From an uncultured Modestobacter sp. (GTDB lineage: Bacteria; Actinomycetota; Actinomycetes; Mycobacteriales; Geodermatophilaceae), in NCBI RefSeq assembly GCF_947486615.1, contig NZ_CANKUD010000007.1, forward strand, positions 51,769 to 115,768: a DNA stretch of 64,000 nt. The letters are read 5' to 3'. The first letter of the stretch is position 1. Each line of letters opens with the position of its first letter. This document shows, piece by piece, positions 8,542 to 21,093 of the stretch. The notes below the pieces were generated by a model. The model worked only from the letters and a program-made list of their open reading frames with translations, was not told where the DNA came from and did not search any database. A program made the translations under genes and the position numbers.

Positions 8542-9633
8542 ATGAGCCGAGCCTCGTCACTGGTCGACTGGGACCTCGCGGGCCGCACCGCCCGACGCCT
8601 GGTCAGCTCCGGCCCGGAGACCTCGCGCGAGGAGGCTGCCGCGGTCGTGGCCGAGCTGCACGAGGCAGCGGCGACCGCGGTCGCCCACGTGGAGGCGCTG
8701 ACCGGCCTGCGGCCGGTGCCGGGCGGGCCGGTGCCCACCGTCGCCGTCGTCGACCGGCCCGGCTGGGTCGAGGCCAACACCGCCGGCATGGCCGCGCTGC
8801 TGGACCCGCTGTCCGCCGCGCTGCAGAAGGGCCAGGACCGCCCGCCCGGCCCGCTGGCCACCGCGATCGGCTCCCGCGCCACCGGCGTCCAGGCCGGCGG
8901 GGTGCTCGCCTTCCTCTGCACCCGGGTGCTGGGTCAATACGAGGTGTTCGGCTCCGGCGGCCGGCTGCTGCTGGTCGCCCCCAACATCGTGGAGACCGAG
9001 CGGCGGCTGGGCGTGGACCCCAGCGACTTCCGGCTGTGGGTCTGTCTGCACGAGGTCACCCACCAGCTGCAGTTCACCGCCGTGCCGTGGCTGCGCGGCT
9101 ACCTGGAGGAGCAGATCGCCTCCTTCGCCGAGGCCACCGACCTAGATCCCGACGTGCTGCTGGACCGGCTCACCGACCTGGTGCGCAGCCTGGGTGACGT
9201 CGTCCGCGGCGGCCAGGACGACGACGCGCCGCAGGGCCTGATGGCGCTGGTCCGCGACCCCGAGCAGCGCGCCGCCCTGGACCGGGTGACCGCGGTGATG
9301 AGCCTGGTGGAGGGGCACGCCGAGTACGTCATGGACGGCGTGGGGCCCGACGTCGTCCCCTCGGTGCGCACGCTGCGCAAGCGCTTCGCCCAGCGGCGCA
9401 AGGGCCGTGGCCCGATCGACCGGGTGCTGCGCCGGCTGCTGGGCCTGGAGCAGAAGATGCAGCAGTACGCCGACGGCCGGGTGTTCGTCGCCGGCGTGGT
9501 CGACCTGGTCGGGATGGACGGGTTCAACCAGGTGTGGGCCGGGCCGGAGAACCTGCCGCTGAAGGACGAGCTGACCGACCCCGCCCGCTGGGTGACCCGG
9601 GTCCTGGAGACCCGCCCGGCCTTCCCGGCCTGA
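8542..9633 (+). CDS. Zinc-dependent metalloprotease family protein (DUF2342 / F420-biosynthesis-associated)
   Basis: LVDWDLA N-terminus, HEVTH, EGHAEYVMD; conserved position between dacB and tilS; TACGGT 6 nt before ATG. Confidence 0.88.
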   Translation: MSRASSLVDWDLAGRTARRLVSSGPETSREEAAAVVAELHEAAATAVAHVEALTGLRPVPGGPVPTVAVVDRPGWVEANTAGMAALLDPLSAALQKGQDRPPGPLATAIGSRATGVQAGGVLAFLCTRVLGQYEVFGSGGRLLLVAPNIVETERRLGVDPSDFRLWVCLHEVTHQLQFTAVPWLRGYLEEQIASFAEATDLDPDVLLDRLTDLVRSLGDVVRGGQDDDAPQGLMALVRDPEQRAALDRVTAVMSLVEGHAEYVMDGVGPDVVPSVRTLRKRFAQRRKGRGPIDRVLRRLLGLEQKMQQYADGRVFVAGVVDLVGMDGFNQVWAGPENLPLKDELTDPARWVTRVLETRPAFPA

Positions 9634-9647
9634 GCCGGCAGCCGGGG

Positions 9648-10655
9648 ATGACCGGACCTGATCCCGCGGTCGCCGCCCTGCGGACCGCGGTACGCCCCGG
9701 GCTGGCCGCGGGCGCCGGCCCGGTGCTGGTCGCCTGCAGCGGGGGAGCGGACTCGGTGGCCCTCGCGGCCGCGCTCGCCTTCGAGGCGCCCCGGGCCGGC
9801 CGTGCGGTGGGCGCGTTGACCGTCGACCACGGCCTGCAGCCCGGCTCCGCCGACCAGGCCCGTCGCACGGCGGCGCTGCTGACGTCGCTGCGGTTGGCCC
9901 CGGTGCTGGTCGTCCCGGTGGCGGTGGGCACGGACGGCGGGCCGGAGGGCGCCGCGCGGGCCGCGCGCACGGCGGCGCTGACCGCCGCGGCGGCCGATCA
10001 CGGTGCGACGGTCGCGCTCGGCCACACGCTGGATGACCAGGCCGAGACGGTCCTCCTCGGGCTGGCCCGCGGCTCGGGGCCGCGGTCGGTGGCCGGCATG
10101 GTCGAGCACCGGCCGCCGTTCTGGCGCCCCCTGCTGGGGGTCCGCCGGGAGACGACCCGGGCGGCCTGCGCCGCCCAGCAGCTGCCGGTGTGGGACGACC
10201 CGTGGAACACCGACTCCGCCTACACCCGCGTCCGGCTGCGCACCGAGGTGCTGCCGCTGCTGGAGGAGGTGCTCGGGGGTGGGGTCGCCCCGGCGCTGGC
10301 CCGCACCGCCGGCATGCTGCGGGAGGACCTGGACGCCCTCGACGCGCTGGCCGCCACGGAGGCGGCGGCGCTGGTCGGGCCGGACGGCGGGCTCCCGGCC
10401 GCACCGCTGGCCGAGCTCCCGGCGGCCGTGCGCCGCCGGGTGCTGCGCGGCTGGCTGCGGAACGCCGGGGTGCCGGACCTGCAGGCGACCCACCTGGCGG
10501 CCGTCGACGCGCTGCTCACCCGGTGGAGGGGGCAGGGGCGGGCGGACCTGCCCGGTGGTCACGGGGTGGTCCGGGCGTCTGGCAGGCTGGTGGTGCAGCT
10601 CGGCCCTGGTCGCCGCGCCGCGCCTCCCTACGCCTTCCCCTCTGAGGAGCCCTGA
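9648..10655 (+). CDS. tilS: tRNA(Ile)-lysidine synthase
   Basis: PP-loop [26 protein letters not shown]. Confidence 0.93.
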   Translation: MTGPDPAVAALRTAVRPGLAAGAGPVLVACSGGADSVALAAALAFEAPRAGRAVGALTVDHGLQPGSADQARRTAALLTSLRLAPVLVVPVAVGTDGGPEGAARAARTAALTAAAADHGATVALGHTLDDQAETVLLGLARGSGPRSVAGMVEHRPPFWRPLLGVRRETTRAACAAQQLPVWDDPWNTDSAYTRVRLRTEVLPLLEEVLGGGVAPALARTAGMLREDLDALDALAATEAAALVGPDGGLPAAPLAELPAAVRRRVLRGWLRNAGVPDLQATHLAAVDALLTRWRGQGRADLPGGHGVVRASGRLVVQLGPGRRAAPPYAFPSEEP

Positions 10656-10660
10656 CGACC

Positions 10661-11260
10661 GTGAGCGAGCCCGCCACCACCGGAGCGCAGGCACCAGGAC
10701 CGCTGGGCCCCGACCACGGCTACGGCCCGGACATCGACCACGTGCTGCTCTCCGAGGAGCAGATCCAGGACAAGATCACCGAGCTGGCCGGGCAGATCGC
10801 CCACGACTACGCCGGTCGCGAGGTCCTGCTCGTGGGCGTCCTCAAGGGCGCGGTGCTGTTCATGTCCGACTTCGCCAGGGCATTGCAGCTGCCGACCCAG
10901 ATGGAGTTCATGGCGGTCTCCTCCTACGGCAGCGCGACCAGCTCCTCGGGCGTGGTGCGCATCCTGAAGGACCTGGACCGCGACATCGCCGACAAGCACG
11001 TGCTGGTGCTCGAGGACATCATCGACTCGGGGCTGACGCTGTCCTGGCTGCTGAAGAACCTGGGCAGCCGCCGGCCGGCGTCGCTGGAGGTCTGCACGCT
11101 GCTGCGCAAGCCCGACGCGGTGAAGGTCGACGTGCCGGTGCGCTACATCGGCTTCGACATCCCCAACGAGTTCGTCGTGGGCTACGGCCTGGACTACGCC
11201 GAGCGCTACCGGGACCTGCCCTACATCGCCACGCTGAAGCCCGAGGTCTACTCCTCCTGA
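10661..11260 (+). CDS. hpt: Hypoxanthine phosphoribosyltransferase
   Basis: VGVLKGA, PRPP loop [20 protein letters not shown]. Confidence 0.96.
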   Translation: MSEPATTGAQAPGPLGPDHGYGPDIDHVLLSEEQIQDKITELAGQIAHDYAGREVLLVGVLKGAVLFMSDFARALQLPTQMEFMAVSSYGSATSSSGVVRILKDLDRDIADKHVLVLEDIIDSGLTLSWLLKNLGSRRPASLEVCTLLRKPDAVKVDVPVRYIGFDIPNEFVVGYGLDYAERYRDLPYIATLKPEVYSS

Positions 11261-11485
11261 CGGAACGGCACCTCGGGGCTGGACGCCGCAGCGGGGCCGC
11301 CGGTCCACTGTTCCCGGGCGCGGCCAGGCCCTTCGCCCAGCGAGGGCACAGCTCCAGCGGTGTACCTTCGTGCCCAACGACGTCGCCCCGTGATGGGGTG
11401 TTCCTGCCGGTCGCGGGCGGCGTCCCGCGACGATCAGGAGGGTCGACGGGCGCAGCCGGGCCTCCCCGGTGCCCGGCCACGGTGT

Positions 11486-13488
<2,003 letters not shown>

Positions 13489-13492
<4 letters not shown>

Positions 13493-14178
13493 GCGCTGGT
13501 CCCGGGGGAGCTGAGCCGCCGCGGTCGGCGAGCGGGCAGCCCGCCGACCGCGTGGACGCCCTCGGCCAGGACCGGCTGACCGGTGACCCGGTCGCCGACC
13601 TGGCCGACGGCCGGGTCGACACCCCCCGGCTCGAGGCGGCGATCCGCGAGGTGCTGCTCGCGGTCGGTGAGGACCCGGACCGGCCCGGTCTGGTGGACAC
13701 CCCGGCCCGGGTGGCCCGCGCCTACGCCGAGACCTTCGCCGGCCTCGGCCAGGACCCCTACGACGTCCTGGCCACGACGTTCGACGAGGACCACGACGAG
13801 CTCGTGCTGGTCAAGGACATCCCGATGTACTCGACCTGTGAACACCACCTGGTCCCCTTCCACGGCAAGGCGCACGTCGGCTACATCCCCGGCGCGGACG
13901 GCCGGGTGACCGGGCTGTCGAAGGTGGCCCGGCTGGTCGAGGTCTACGCGCGGCGCCCGCAGGTGCAGGAGCGGATGACCCGGCAGGTCGCCGACGCGCT
14001 CTTCGAGGTGCTCAAGCCGCGCGGCGTGATCGTGGTGGTCGAGGCCGAGCACCTGTGCATGGCGATGCGCGGGGTCCGCAAGCCTGGCTCGACGACCGTG
14101 ACCTCGGCGGTGCGCGGCATCTTCCGGGAGAACGCGGCCACCCGCGGCGAGGCCATGAGCCTCATCCTGGGCAGGTGA
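13489..14178 (+). CDS. folE: GTP cyclohydrolase I
   Basis: [31 protein letters not shown]. Confidence 0.96.
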
Positions 14179-15032
14179 GCGCCCTCCTGCCACGGCCGGG
14201 TCGCTGCGTCGTGATGGGCGTCCTCAACGTCACGCCCGACTCGTTCTCCGACGGCGGCTGCTACGCCGACGCCGGGGCGGCGATCGCGCACGGCCTGCAG
14301 ATGCATGCCGCCGGCGCCGACTACGTGGACGTGGGCGGTGAGTCCACCCGCCCCGGCGCCGACCGGGTCGACGCGGCCGAGGAGTGCCGCCGCGTCGTGC
14401 CGGTGGTGCGCGAGCTGACCGAGGCCGGCGTCCGGGTGAGCGTGGACACCACCCGCGCCGAGGTGGCGGCCGCCGCCCTGGACGCCGGCGCCACGCTGGT
14501 CAACGACGTGAGCGGCGGGCTGGCCGACGAGGGCATGGCCCGGCTGGTCGCCGACGCCGGGGTCCCGTGGGTGCTGATGCACTGGCGTGGGCACAGCCGG
14601 GAGATGTATGCCGCGGCGCGCTACGGCGACGTCGTCACCGAGGTGGCGGCCGAGCTGACCGCCCGGGTGGAGGACGTCGTCGCCGCCGGGGTCGACCCCG
14701 GCCAGCTGGTGCTCGACCCGGGCCTGGGCTTCGCCAAGAACGCCGAGCACAACTGGGCGCTGCTGGCCGGGCTGGACCGGTTCGTGGCCCTCGGCCTGCC
14801 GGTGCTGGTCGGCGCCTCGCGTAAGACGTTCCTGGGCCGGCTGCTGGCCGGCCCAGACGGGCAGGTCCGCCCGGTCGAGGGCCGCGAGGCCGCGACCCTG
14901 GCGATCTCGGTGCTGGCCGCGCAGGCCGGCGCCTGGGGCGTGCGGGTGCACGACCCCGTGCAGTCACTCGACGCGATCGCGACCGTGGGCGCCGTGCAGG
15001 CGGCCCGGTCGGGAGGAGGCAGGCGTGCCTGA
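14175..15032 (+). CDS. folP: Dihydropteroate synthase
   Basis: [34 protein letters not shown]. Confidence 0.96.
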   Translation: MSALLPRPGRCVVMGVLNVTPDSFSDGGCYADAGAAIAHGLQMHAAGADYVDVGGESTRPGADRVDAAEECRRVVPVVRELTEAGVRVSVDTTRAEVAAAALDAGATLVNDVSGGLADEGMARLVADAGVPWVLMHWRGHSREMYAAARYGDVVTEVAAELTARVEDVVAAGVDPGQLVLDPGLGFAKNAEHNWALLAGLDRFVALGLPVLVGASRKTFLGRLLAGPDGQVRPVEGREAATLAISVLAAQAGAWGVRVHDPVQSLDAIATVGAVQAARSGGGRRA

Positions 15033-15384
15033 CCGGATCACCGTCCACGGCCTCACCGGGCACGGCTTCCACGGGGTCTACCCGGCCGAGCGCGAGCGCG
15101 GCCAGACCTTCCGGGTCGACGCGGTGCTGGAGCTGGACACCGCCCCGGCCGCCGCTACCGACGACCTGACCCGGACGGTCAACTACGCCGAGCTCTCCCA
15201 GCGGCTGCACGCCGTGCTGGTCGGCGAGCCGGTCGACCTGCTGGAGACGCTGGCCCAGCGGCTGGCCGACCTGTGCCTGGCCTACCCGATGGTGGACGCG
15301 GTCGAGATCACCGTGCACAAGCCGGACGCCGACCTGGGCGTCCCCGCCGCCGACGTCACGGTCGCCATCCGGCGCGAACGCTGA
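15025..15384 (+). CDS. folB: Dihydroneopterin aldolase
   Basis: HGV..ER..GQ.F.VD, TVNYAE, LLETLA, VHKP. Confidence 0.95.
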   Translation: MPDRITVHGLTGHGFHGVYPAERERGQTFRVDAVLELDTAPAAATDDLTRTVNYAELSQRLHAVLVGEPVDLLETLAQRLADLCLAYPMVDAVEITVHKPDADLGVPAADVTVAIRRER

Positions 15385-15887
15385 TGTCCCGGGCCGTGCT
15401 GTCCCTCGGCGGGAACCTCGGTGACCGCGCCGCGACCCTGCGGCAGGCGCTCACCGCGCTGACCGGCCACGGACTGGTGGCCCGCTCGACGCTGTACGAG
15501 ACCCCGCCCTGGGGCCCGGTCGAGCAGCCGCCCTACCTGAACGCGATCGCCGTCGTCCGCGGGAACCGGGATGCCGCCGGCTGGCTGGCGCTGGCCCACG
15601 AGCTCGAGCAGTCCGCCGGGCGCACCCGGGAGGTGCGCTGGGGCGCGCGCACGCTGGACGTCGACGTGGTGACGGTGACCGGGGACGACGGCACGCCGGT
15701 GCGCTCGGACGACCTGGTGCTCACGCTGCCGCACCCGCGCGCGCACGAGCGGGCCTTCGTGCTCGTGCCGTGGCTCGCGCTCGACCCGTCGGCGGAGCTG
15801 CCCGGGCACGGCCGGGTCGCCGACCTGGTCGCCGCGCTGCCGGCCGACGACGTCGCCGCGGTGACCCGCTGGGAGCAGCTGGCATGA
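15384..15887 (+). CDS. folK: 2-amino-4-hydroxy-6-hydroxymethyldihydropteridine pyrophosphokinase
   Basis: LSLGGNLGD, YLNA, RWGARTLDVD, LPHPRAHERAFV. Confidence 0.94.
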   Translation: MSRAVLSLGGNLGDRAATLRQALTALTGHGLVARSTLYETPPWGPVEQPPYLNAIAVVRGNRDAAGWLALAHELEQSAGRTREVRWGARTLDVDVVTVTGDDGTPVRSDDLVLTLPHPRAHERAFVLVPWLALDPSAELPGHGRVADLVAALPADDVAAVTRWEQLA

Positions 15888-16405
15888 CGGCGGTGCGCCG
15901 CCGGGACCTGCTGTTCCTGGCCGTGGCGGTCGCGGTCGCCGTCTGGCTGGTGGTGCGTGCCGGCTACGGCGACCTGCCCCCGTTCCGGTGGTGGCTGCCG
16001 GTGCCGCTGGGCGTGCTGGCCGTCGCCGAGGCGCTCGGCGCGCGGACGCTGCGGGCGCGGTTGTCGGCCCAGCGGGAGGGTCGCCCGGCTCCGGGCCGGT
16101 CCGCGGCGGCCGCCCGGCCGGTGGAGCCGCTGCTGGTGGCCCGGGTCGCGGTGCTCGCCCAGGCCAGCGCGTGGGTCGGCGCGGTCCTGGCCGGTGCGTG
16201 GGCCGGGCTGCTGCTGCACACCGCGCCGGCGCTCGGCCGGCTGGCCTACGCCCGCGGTGACACGGTCACCGGCGTGATCGGGGTGGTCGTGGCCGCCGGG
16301 CTGGTCGCCGCCGCGCTGTGGCTGGAGCACGTGTGCCGGGTGCCCCCGGACTCCGACGACGAGGACCCGGGAACGGGGTCCGCCCCTGGTCGACGGTCGG
16401 GTTGA
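15884..16405 (+). CDS. DUF3180-type membrane protein
   Basis: Four hydrophobic segments, C-terminal LEHVCRVP; conserved position after folK. Confidence 0.75.
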   Translation: MTAVRRRDLLFLAVAVAVAVWLVVRAGYGDLPPFRWWLPVPLGVLAVAEALGARTLRARLSAQREGRPAPGRSAAAARPVEPLLVARVAVLAQASAWVGAVLAGAWAGLLLHTAPALGRLAYARGDTVTGVIGVVVAAGLVAAALWLEHVCRVPPDSDDEDPGTGSAPGRRSG

Positions 16406-16495
16406 CCCACCTCACCTGAGGTGGAGCCGTGCCACGGCGCGGCCGCACGTCGGCTCGGGTGGGTCAACCCGCGCCGCAGCCGCGCCAGCTCGGCT

Positions 16496-17677
16496 TCAGA
16501 CCACTGCGCCGGCGGTCTCGGGCACCTTCCCCGCGACCGAGCGGCGCAGCGCAGCGTGCAGCGACTCCGGGGTCAGCACCCCGCAGAACCGGTCGCCGTC
16601 CAGCACGGCCACCCAGCCGGCCTCCAGCTGCAGCATGGTGGAGAAGGCCGTCTTCAGGGTGGCGTCGATCGGCACCCAGGCCTCCATCCGGCGCGCTGCG
16701 TCACGGACGGTGCCGCTGCCGGCGGCGCGCTCGTGGGAGACCCAGCCGTGCAGCGCCTGCCGGTCGTCCAGCACCACCGCCCACCGGGCGCCGGAGCGGT
16801 CGAGCGCGGCACGGGCGTCGGCCAGCCGGTCGTCGACGTGCACCACCGGTGGCTGCTCCAGGTCGGCCAGGTCGATCCCGGTGACCGCCAGCCGCTTGAG
16901 GCCGCGGTCGGCGCCGACGAAGTCCGCGACGAACGGGGTGGCCGGTGAGCCCAGCAGCTCGGCGGGCGCGGCGAACTGCTCGACGGTGCCGCCCTCGCTC
17001 ATCACCGCGATCCGGTCGCCGAGCCGCACGGCCTCCTCGATGTCGTGGGTGACGAAGACGATGGTCTTGCGCACCGTCTCCTGCAGCCGCAGGAACTCCG
17101 ACTGCAGCCGTTCCCGCACGATCGGGTCGACGGCGGAGAACGGCTCGTCCATCAGCAGCACCGACGGGTCGGCGGCCAGCGCCCGGGCGACGCCGGCCCG
17201 CTGCCGCTGCCCGCCGGAGAGCTGGTGGGGGTACCGGTCACCGTGCGCGGCGGGGTCCAGCCCGACCAGCTGCAGCAGCTCCTCCACCCGGTCCCGGGTG
17301 CGTGCCTTGTCCCAGCCCAGCAGCCGGGGGACGGTCGCCACGTTGCGGCGCACCGTCTGGTGCGGGAAGAGGCCGACGTTCTGGATGACGTAGCCGATCC
17401 GGCGGCGCAGCTGCACCGGGTCGACCCGGGTGACGTCGTCGGCACCGAGCATGATCCGGCCACTGCTGGGCTCGATGATCCGGTTGATCATCTTCATCGT
17501 GGTCGTCTTGCCGCAGCCCGACGGTCCGACCAGCACGGTCAGCTCGCCGGCGGCGAAGGTCAGGTCCAGCTCACGCACCCCGACGGTGCCGTCGGCGTAG
17601 ACCTTGCCGACGCCCTCGAGCCGGATCTCCTCGGCCCCCGAACCGGCGGGCGAGGTGGGTGGGGCAGTAGCGTCCAC
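16496..17677 (-). CDS. Osmoprotectant (OpuCA/ProV-like) ABC ATPase with C-terminal CBS-like region
   Basis: GPSGCGKT, LSGGQRQR, LLMDEPF, FVTHD; hydrophobic/acidic CBS-like C-terminus. Confidence 0.88.
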   Translation of the reverse strand: MDATAPPTSPAGSGAEEIRLEGVGKVYADGTVGVRELDLTFAAGELTVLVGPSGCGKTTTMKMINRIIEPSSGRIMLGADDVTRVDPVQLRRRIGYVIQNVGLFPHQTVRRNVATVPRLLGWDKARTRDRVEELLQLVGLDPAAHGDRYPHQLSGGQRQRAGVARALAADPSVLLMDEPFSAVDPIVRERLQSEFLRLQETVRKTIVFVTHDIEEAVRLGDRIAVMSEGGTVEQFAAPAELLGSPATPFVADFVGADRGLKRLAVTGIDLADLEQPPVVHVDDRLADARAALDRSGARWAVVLDDRQALHGWVSHERAAGSGTVRDAARRMEAWVPIDATLKTAFSTMLQLEAGWVAVLDGDRFCGVLTPESLHAALRRSVAGKVPETAGAVV

Positions 17678-17703
17678 GAGGTGGCCTTCCTGGCAGGCGC
17701 CCA

Positions 17704-18402
17704 GTGCTGAGCGCGGCGAGCACCATGGTCCTCGCAGTCGATGCGGCGCCGAACCCGTGGTTCGACCCGTCCTACGTGTCGGGCAACTGGAGCTCCATCC
17801 TGCCCCTCCTGGGCGAGCACGTCCGGTTGACCGTCGGCGCGGTGCTGCTCGGCACGCTGCTGGCGTTCCCGCTGGCGCTGCTCGCCCGGCGCAGCCGGTG
17901 GCTGGCCGGGCCGGTGCTCGGGTTCTCCACGCTGATCTACACGATCCCGTCGCTGGCGATGTTCGCCTTCGTCGCCCCGGTCACCGGGCTGACGGCCACC
18001 ACCGTGCTGATCGGGCTGGTGCTGTACTCGCTGGTGATCCTGGTGCGCAACTTCCTGGCCGGGCTGCAGTCGGTGCCGGCCGACGTGCGTGAGGCGGCAC
18101 TCGGCATGGGCTACGGCAAGGCGCGCACCCTCTGGCAGGTCGAGGTGCCGCTGGCCCTGCCCTCGATCATGGCCGGCCTGCGGGTGGCCACCGTCTCCAC
18201 GGTCGCCCTGGTGACGGTGGGCGTGATCGTGGGCCACGGCGGGCTGGGGCAGCTGATCACCGGCGGGTTCGCGGCGAACTTCTACCGGGCCGAGATCGTC
18301 ACCGGCGCGCTCGGCTGCGTGCTGCTGGCCCTGCTGGCCGACCTGCTGCTCGCCGGGGTCGGCCGCGCGCTGACCCCCTGGTCCCGCGGAGCGCGGTCGT
18401 GA
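17704..18402 (+). CDS. Osmoprotectant ABC permease
   Basis: YTIPSLAM, EAA loop (VREAALGMG), GGLGQLI. Confidence 0.88.
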   Translation: MLSAASTMVLAVDAAPNPWFDPSYVSGNWSSILPLLGEHVRLTVGAVLLGTLLAFPLALLARRSRWLAGPVLGFSTLIYTIPSLAMFAFVAPVTGLTATTVLIGLVLYSLVILVRNFLAGLQSVPADVREAALGMGYGKARTLWQVEVPLALPSIMAGLRVATVSTVALVTVGVIVGHGGLGQLITGGFAANFYRAEIVTGALGCVLLALLADLLLAGVGRALTPWSRGARS

Positions 18403-19121
18403 ACCTGCTGCAGGACGCCGTCCGCTACCTCAACGACCCGTTCAACTGGACCCGGGCGAACGGCATCATCGAGCTGCTCGTCCAGCACCTGCGGATCTCC
18501 GCGCTGGCGGTGCTGGCGGCGATGGCGATCGGCATCCCGGTCGGGGCGCTGCTGGGGCACACCGGCCGCGGCGGGGGCTTCGCCGTCGCGCTGTCCAACG
18601 TCTCGCGCGCCGTGCCGACGCTGGCGCTGCTGACCGTCTTCGCGGTCACCCCGATCGGTTTCGGCCCGAATGCGACGACGATCGCGCTGGCCCTGTTCGC
18701 CGTCCCGCCGGTGCTCACCAACACCTACGTCGGGTTCCGGGGCGTCGACCGGGACGTCGTCGAGGCCTCCCGGGCCATGGGGATGAGCGGCCGGCAGGTG
18801 CTGCTGCGCGCGGAGCTCCCGCTGGCGACCCCGCTGATGATGACCGGGGTGCGCACCGCCGCCGTCCAGGTGGTGGCCACCGCCACGCTTGCCGCCCTGG
18901 TGGCCGGTGGAGGGCTCGGCCGGATCATCACCCTGGGCTTCCGCCAGCAGGACTACGGCGCCGTGCTGGCCGGGGCGCTCGTGGTCGCAGCGCTGGCCGT
19001 GCTCACCGAGCTCCTGCTCGCCGCGGTCAGCTGGGCGATCACGCCGGGGGAGAAGCGGGTGCCGTTCGCGCGGGTGCGCCCCCGGCGGGCCGCCGTCGCC
19101 GGGGCGGCCGCTCCGCGCTGA
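18399..19121 (+). CDS. Osmoprotectant ABC permease
   Basis: RAVPTLALL, EAA loop (VVEASRAMG), GGLGRII. Confidence 0.88.
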   Translation: MNLLQDAVRYLNDPFNWTRANGIIELLVQHLRISALAVLAAMAIGIPVGALLGHTGRGGGFAVALSNVSRAVPTLALLTVFAVTPIGFGPNATTIALALFAVPPVLTNTYVGFRGVDRDVVEASRAMGMSGRQVLLRAELPLATPLMMTGVRTAAVQVVATATLAALVAGGGLGRIITLGFRQQDYGAVLAGALVVAALAVLTELLLAAVSWAITPGEKRVPFARVRPRRAAVAGAAAPR

Positions 19122-19267
19122 CCGCTGCGCCGCAGGTCAGGACGGTGGTGCACAACGGACTTGCGATCCGGCGGTCGGGCGAGTTTGATCAGTCGCCGCG
19201 GGAGACCTCCCGCCAGACACGCGTGTCGTCCGACACCGGGCGCCACGGGACACAGAAGGCGGAGCTG

Positions 19268-20281
19268 ATGCGTGCACGCGCCCACTTCCTGACACCTCTC
19301 GCACTGGCCGCCGTCCTCACCACCGCTGCGTGCGGTGAGTCCGGCTCCTCCGGCACCGGTGGCAGCGCCGACGGCGGCGGTTCCGCAGCCGCCGGCGACG
19401 CCTGCGCGCCGGTCGCCGGCGACCAGCTGGTGGTGCTCGACGACGACCAGCAGCTGCAGAACGCCGACAACATCATCCCGGCGGTCAACGCCGAGGCTGC
19501 CGCGGCGAACCCGGCGCTGCTGGAGACGCTGAACAGCGTCTCCGAGGTGCTCACCACCGAGCAGCTGGTCGAGATGAACGCCGCCGTCGACGTGCAGCGG
19601 CAGAGCGCCGAGGACGTCGCCGCGGCCTACGTCGCCGAGCAGGGCCTGGATGCCGGCGTCTCCGGCGGCAGCGGCCCGATCGTGGTCGGCGCCGCCGGCT
19701 TCACCGAGTCGCAGGTGCTGGCCAACGTCTACGCCGACGTGCTGAACGCCGCCGGCTTCACCGCCAGCGTGCAGACCGTGGGCAACCGCGAGCTCTACCT
19801 GCCTGCCCTGCAGCGGGGCGAGATCCAGGCATTCCCGGAGTACCTGGCCACCGTCACGGACATCCTCAACCGCCAGCTCAACGGTACCGAGGCTGAGGGA
19901 GTCGCCTCCGGTGACGTCGACGAGACCCTCGCCGCGCTCACCCCACTGGCCGAGCAAGCCGGGCTGGTGTTCGGCGAGCCGGCCGAGGCCGCCGACCAGA
20001 ACGCCTTCGCGGTGACCACCGCGTTCGCCGACCAGCTCGGGGTCAGCACCCTCTCGGAGTTGGCCGACGCCTGCGGGGACGGGTCCCTGCTGCTCGGTGG
20101 CCCAGGGGAGTGTCCTACCCGGCCTCAGTGCCAGCCCGGCCTGGAGCAGACCTACGACCTGGAGTTCGCTGGCTTCCAGGAGTACGACGAGGGCGGCCCG
20201 CTGACCAAGGCCGCCATCCAGCAGGGCGAGGTCTCGATCGGCCTGGTCTTCAGCTCCGACGGCGCGCTCGCCCAGGGCTGA
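19268..20281 (+). CDS. Glycine betaine/choline ABC substrate-binding lipoprotein
   Basis: Lipobox TAAC, OpuAC-type motifs FTESQVLA, PEYLAT, DQNAFAV. Confidence 0.85.
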   Translation: MRARAHFLTPLALAAVLTTAACGESGSSGTGGSADGGGSAAAGDACAPVAGDQLVVLDDDQQLQNADNIIPAVNAEAAAANPALLETLNSVSEVLTTEQLVEMNAAVDVQRQSAEDVAAAYVAEQGLDAGVSGGSGPIVVGAAGFTESQVLANVYADVLNAAGFTASVQTVGNRELYLPALQRGEIQAFPEYLATVTDILNRQLNGTEAEGVASGDVDETLAALTPLAEQAGLVFGEPAEAADQNAFAVTTAFADQLGVSTLSELADACGDGSLLLGGPGECPTRPQCQPGLEQTYDLEFAGFQEYDEGGPLTKAAIQQGEVSIGLVFSSDGALAQG

Positions 20282-20282
20282 C

Positions 20283-20341
20283 GAAGGGCCCCCTTGCCCC
20301 CCATTGCTCGCAGGCTCGCGGCGGGACCCTGCAAGGGGGCC
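20283..20341 (+). repeat. Dispersed palindromic REP/MITE-like element, copy A
   Basis: 11 bp perfect inverted repeat ggcccccttgc/gcaagggggcc; 52/59 identical to the reverse complement of copy B by manual alignment. Confidence 0.85.
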
Positions 20342-20344
20342 GAC

Positions 20345-20393
20345 TGACACGACGAAGGCCCGCTCCCTCGCGGAGCGGGCCTTCGTCGTGTCA
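20345..20393. terminator. Bidirectional terminator between convergent genes
   Basis: tgacacgacgaaggcccgctcc / ggagcgggccttcgtcgtgtca perfect inverted repeat. Confidence 0.85.
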
Positions 20394-20999
20394 GTACCAG
20401 CCGCCGGGCGGCAGCTGCTCCCCGGCGGCGACCGGGGTCTCCACCCGGTTGCCCTCCGGGGCCAGCGGGCAGGTCCAGCGCGGGTCGTAGGCGCAGGAGG
20501 GGTGGTAGGCGAAGTTGAGGTCCACCACCAGCCGGCCGCCGTCGCCGCCGAGGTCGGCGCTCTTGATCGTGTCGAGCAGGTAGCGGCCGCCGCCGTAGGT
20601 CGTCGTCCCGGCGGTGCCGTCGCGCAGGGGCAGGAACACCCCGCCGGCGTAGCCACCGATCCACCAGACGTCCAGCCGGCCGACGTCGCCGAGGGTCACC
20701 CGGCCGATCCGGTCCAGCACCACGACGCCGTCGGCGGCGGTCGGCACCTCCCGGCGCTCGGGATCCACGTCGGTGTCCAGCGGGACGACGAAGCGCAGGC
20801 CGGGGTCGTAGGGGGCGAACGGCAGACCGGCGAAGGCGTCCCGGGCCGCCGCGTCCAGCGGGGAGTCGGGGTGCCCGGCGAGCAGTGCGTCGCGGCCGGC
20901 CCGCCAGGTGTGCCAGCCGGCCTCGGGGTCGTCGGCGGCGCGGACGTCGGTGTACAGCGCGGCCACCCGGCGCCGCCAGTCCAGCAAGGAGAGGGTCAC
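20391..20999 (-). CDS. DUF1684 family protein
   Basis: LLDWRRRVA, FLPLRDGT, TYGGGRYL, DLNFAYHPSCAY..W.CP; start refined to GTG 20999. Confidence 0.85.
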   Translation of the reverse strand: MTLSLLDWRRRVAALYTDVRAADDPEAGWHTWRAGRDALLAGHPDSPLDAAARDAFAGLPFAPYDPGLRFVVPLDTDVDPERREVPTAADGVVVLDRIGRVTLGDVGRLDVWWIGGYAGGVFLPLRDGTAGTTTYGGGRYLLDTIKSADLGGDGGRLVVDLNFAYHPSCAYDPRWTCPLAPEGNRVETPVAAGEQLPPGGWY

Positions 21000-21093
21000 C
21001 GGCCCCACCCTGCCACCGTCCGGGTAGCTGACCTGCTGCGCCACCGGCGCGGATGACGCCGCGAACGCGGTCGGTCACCGTAAGGTGACGGCC

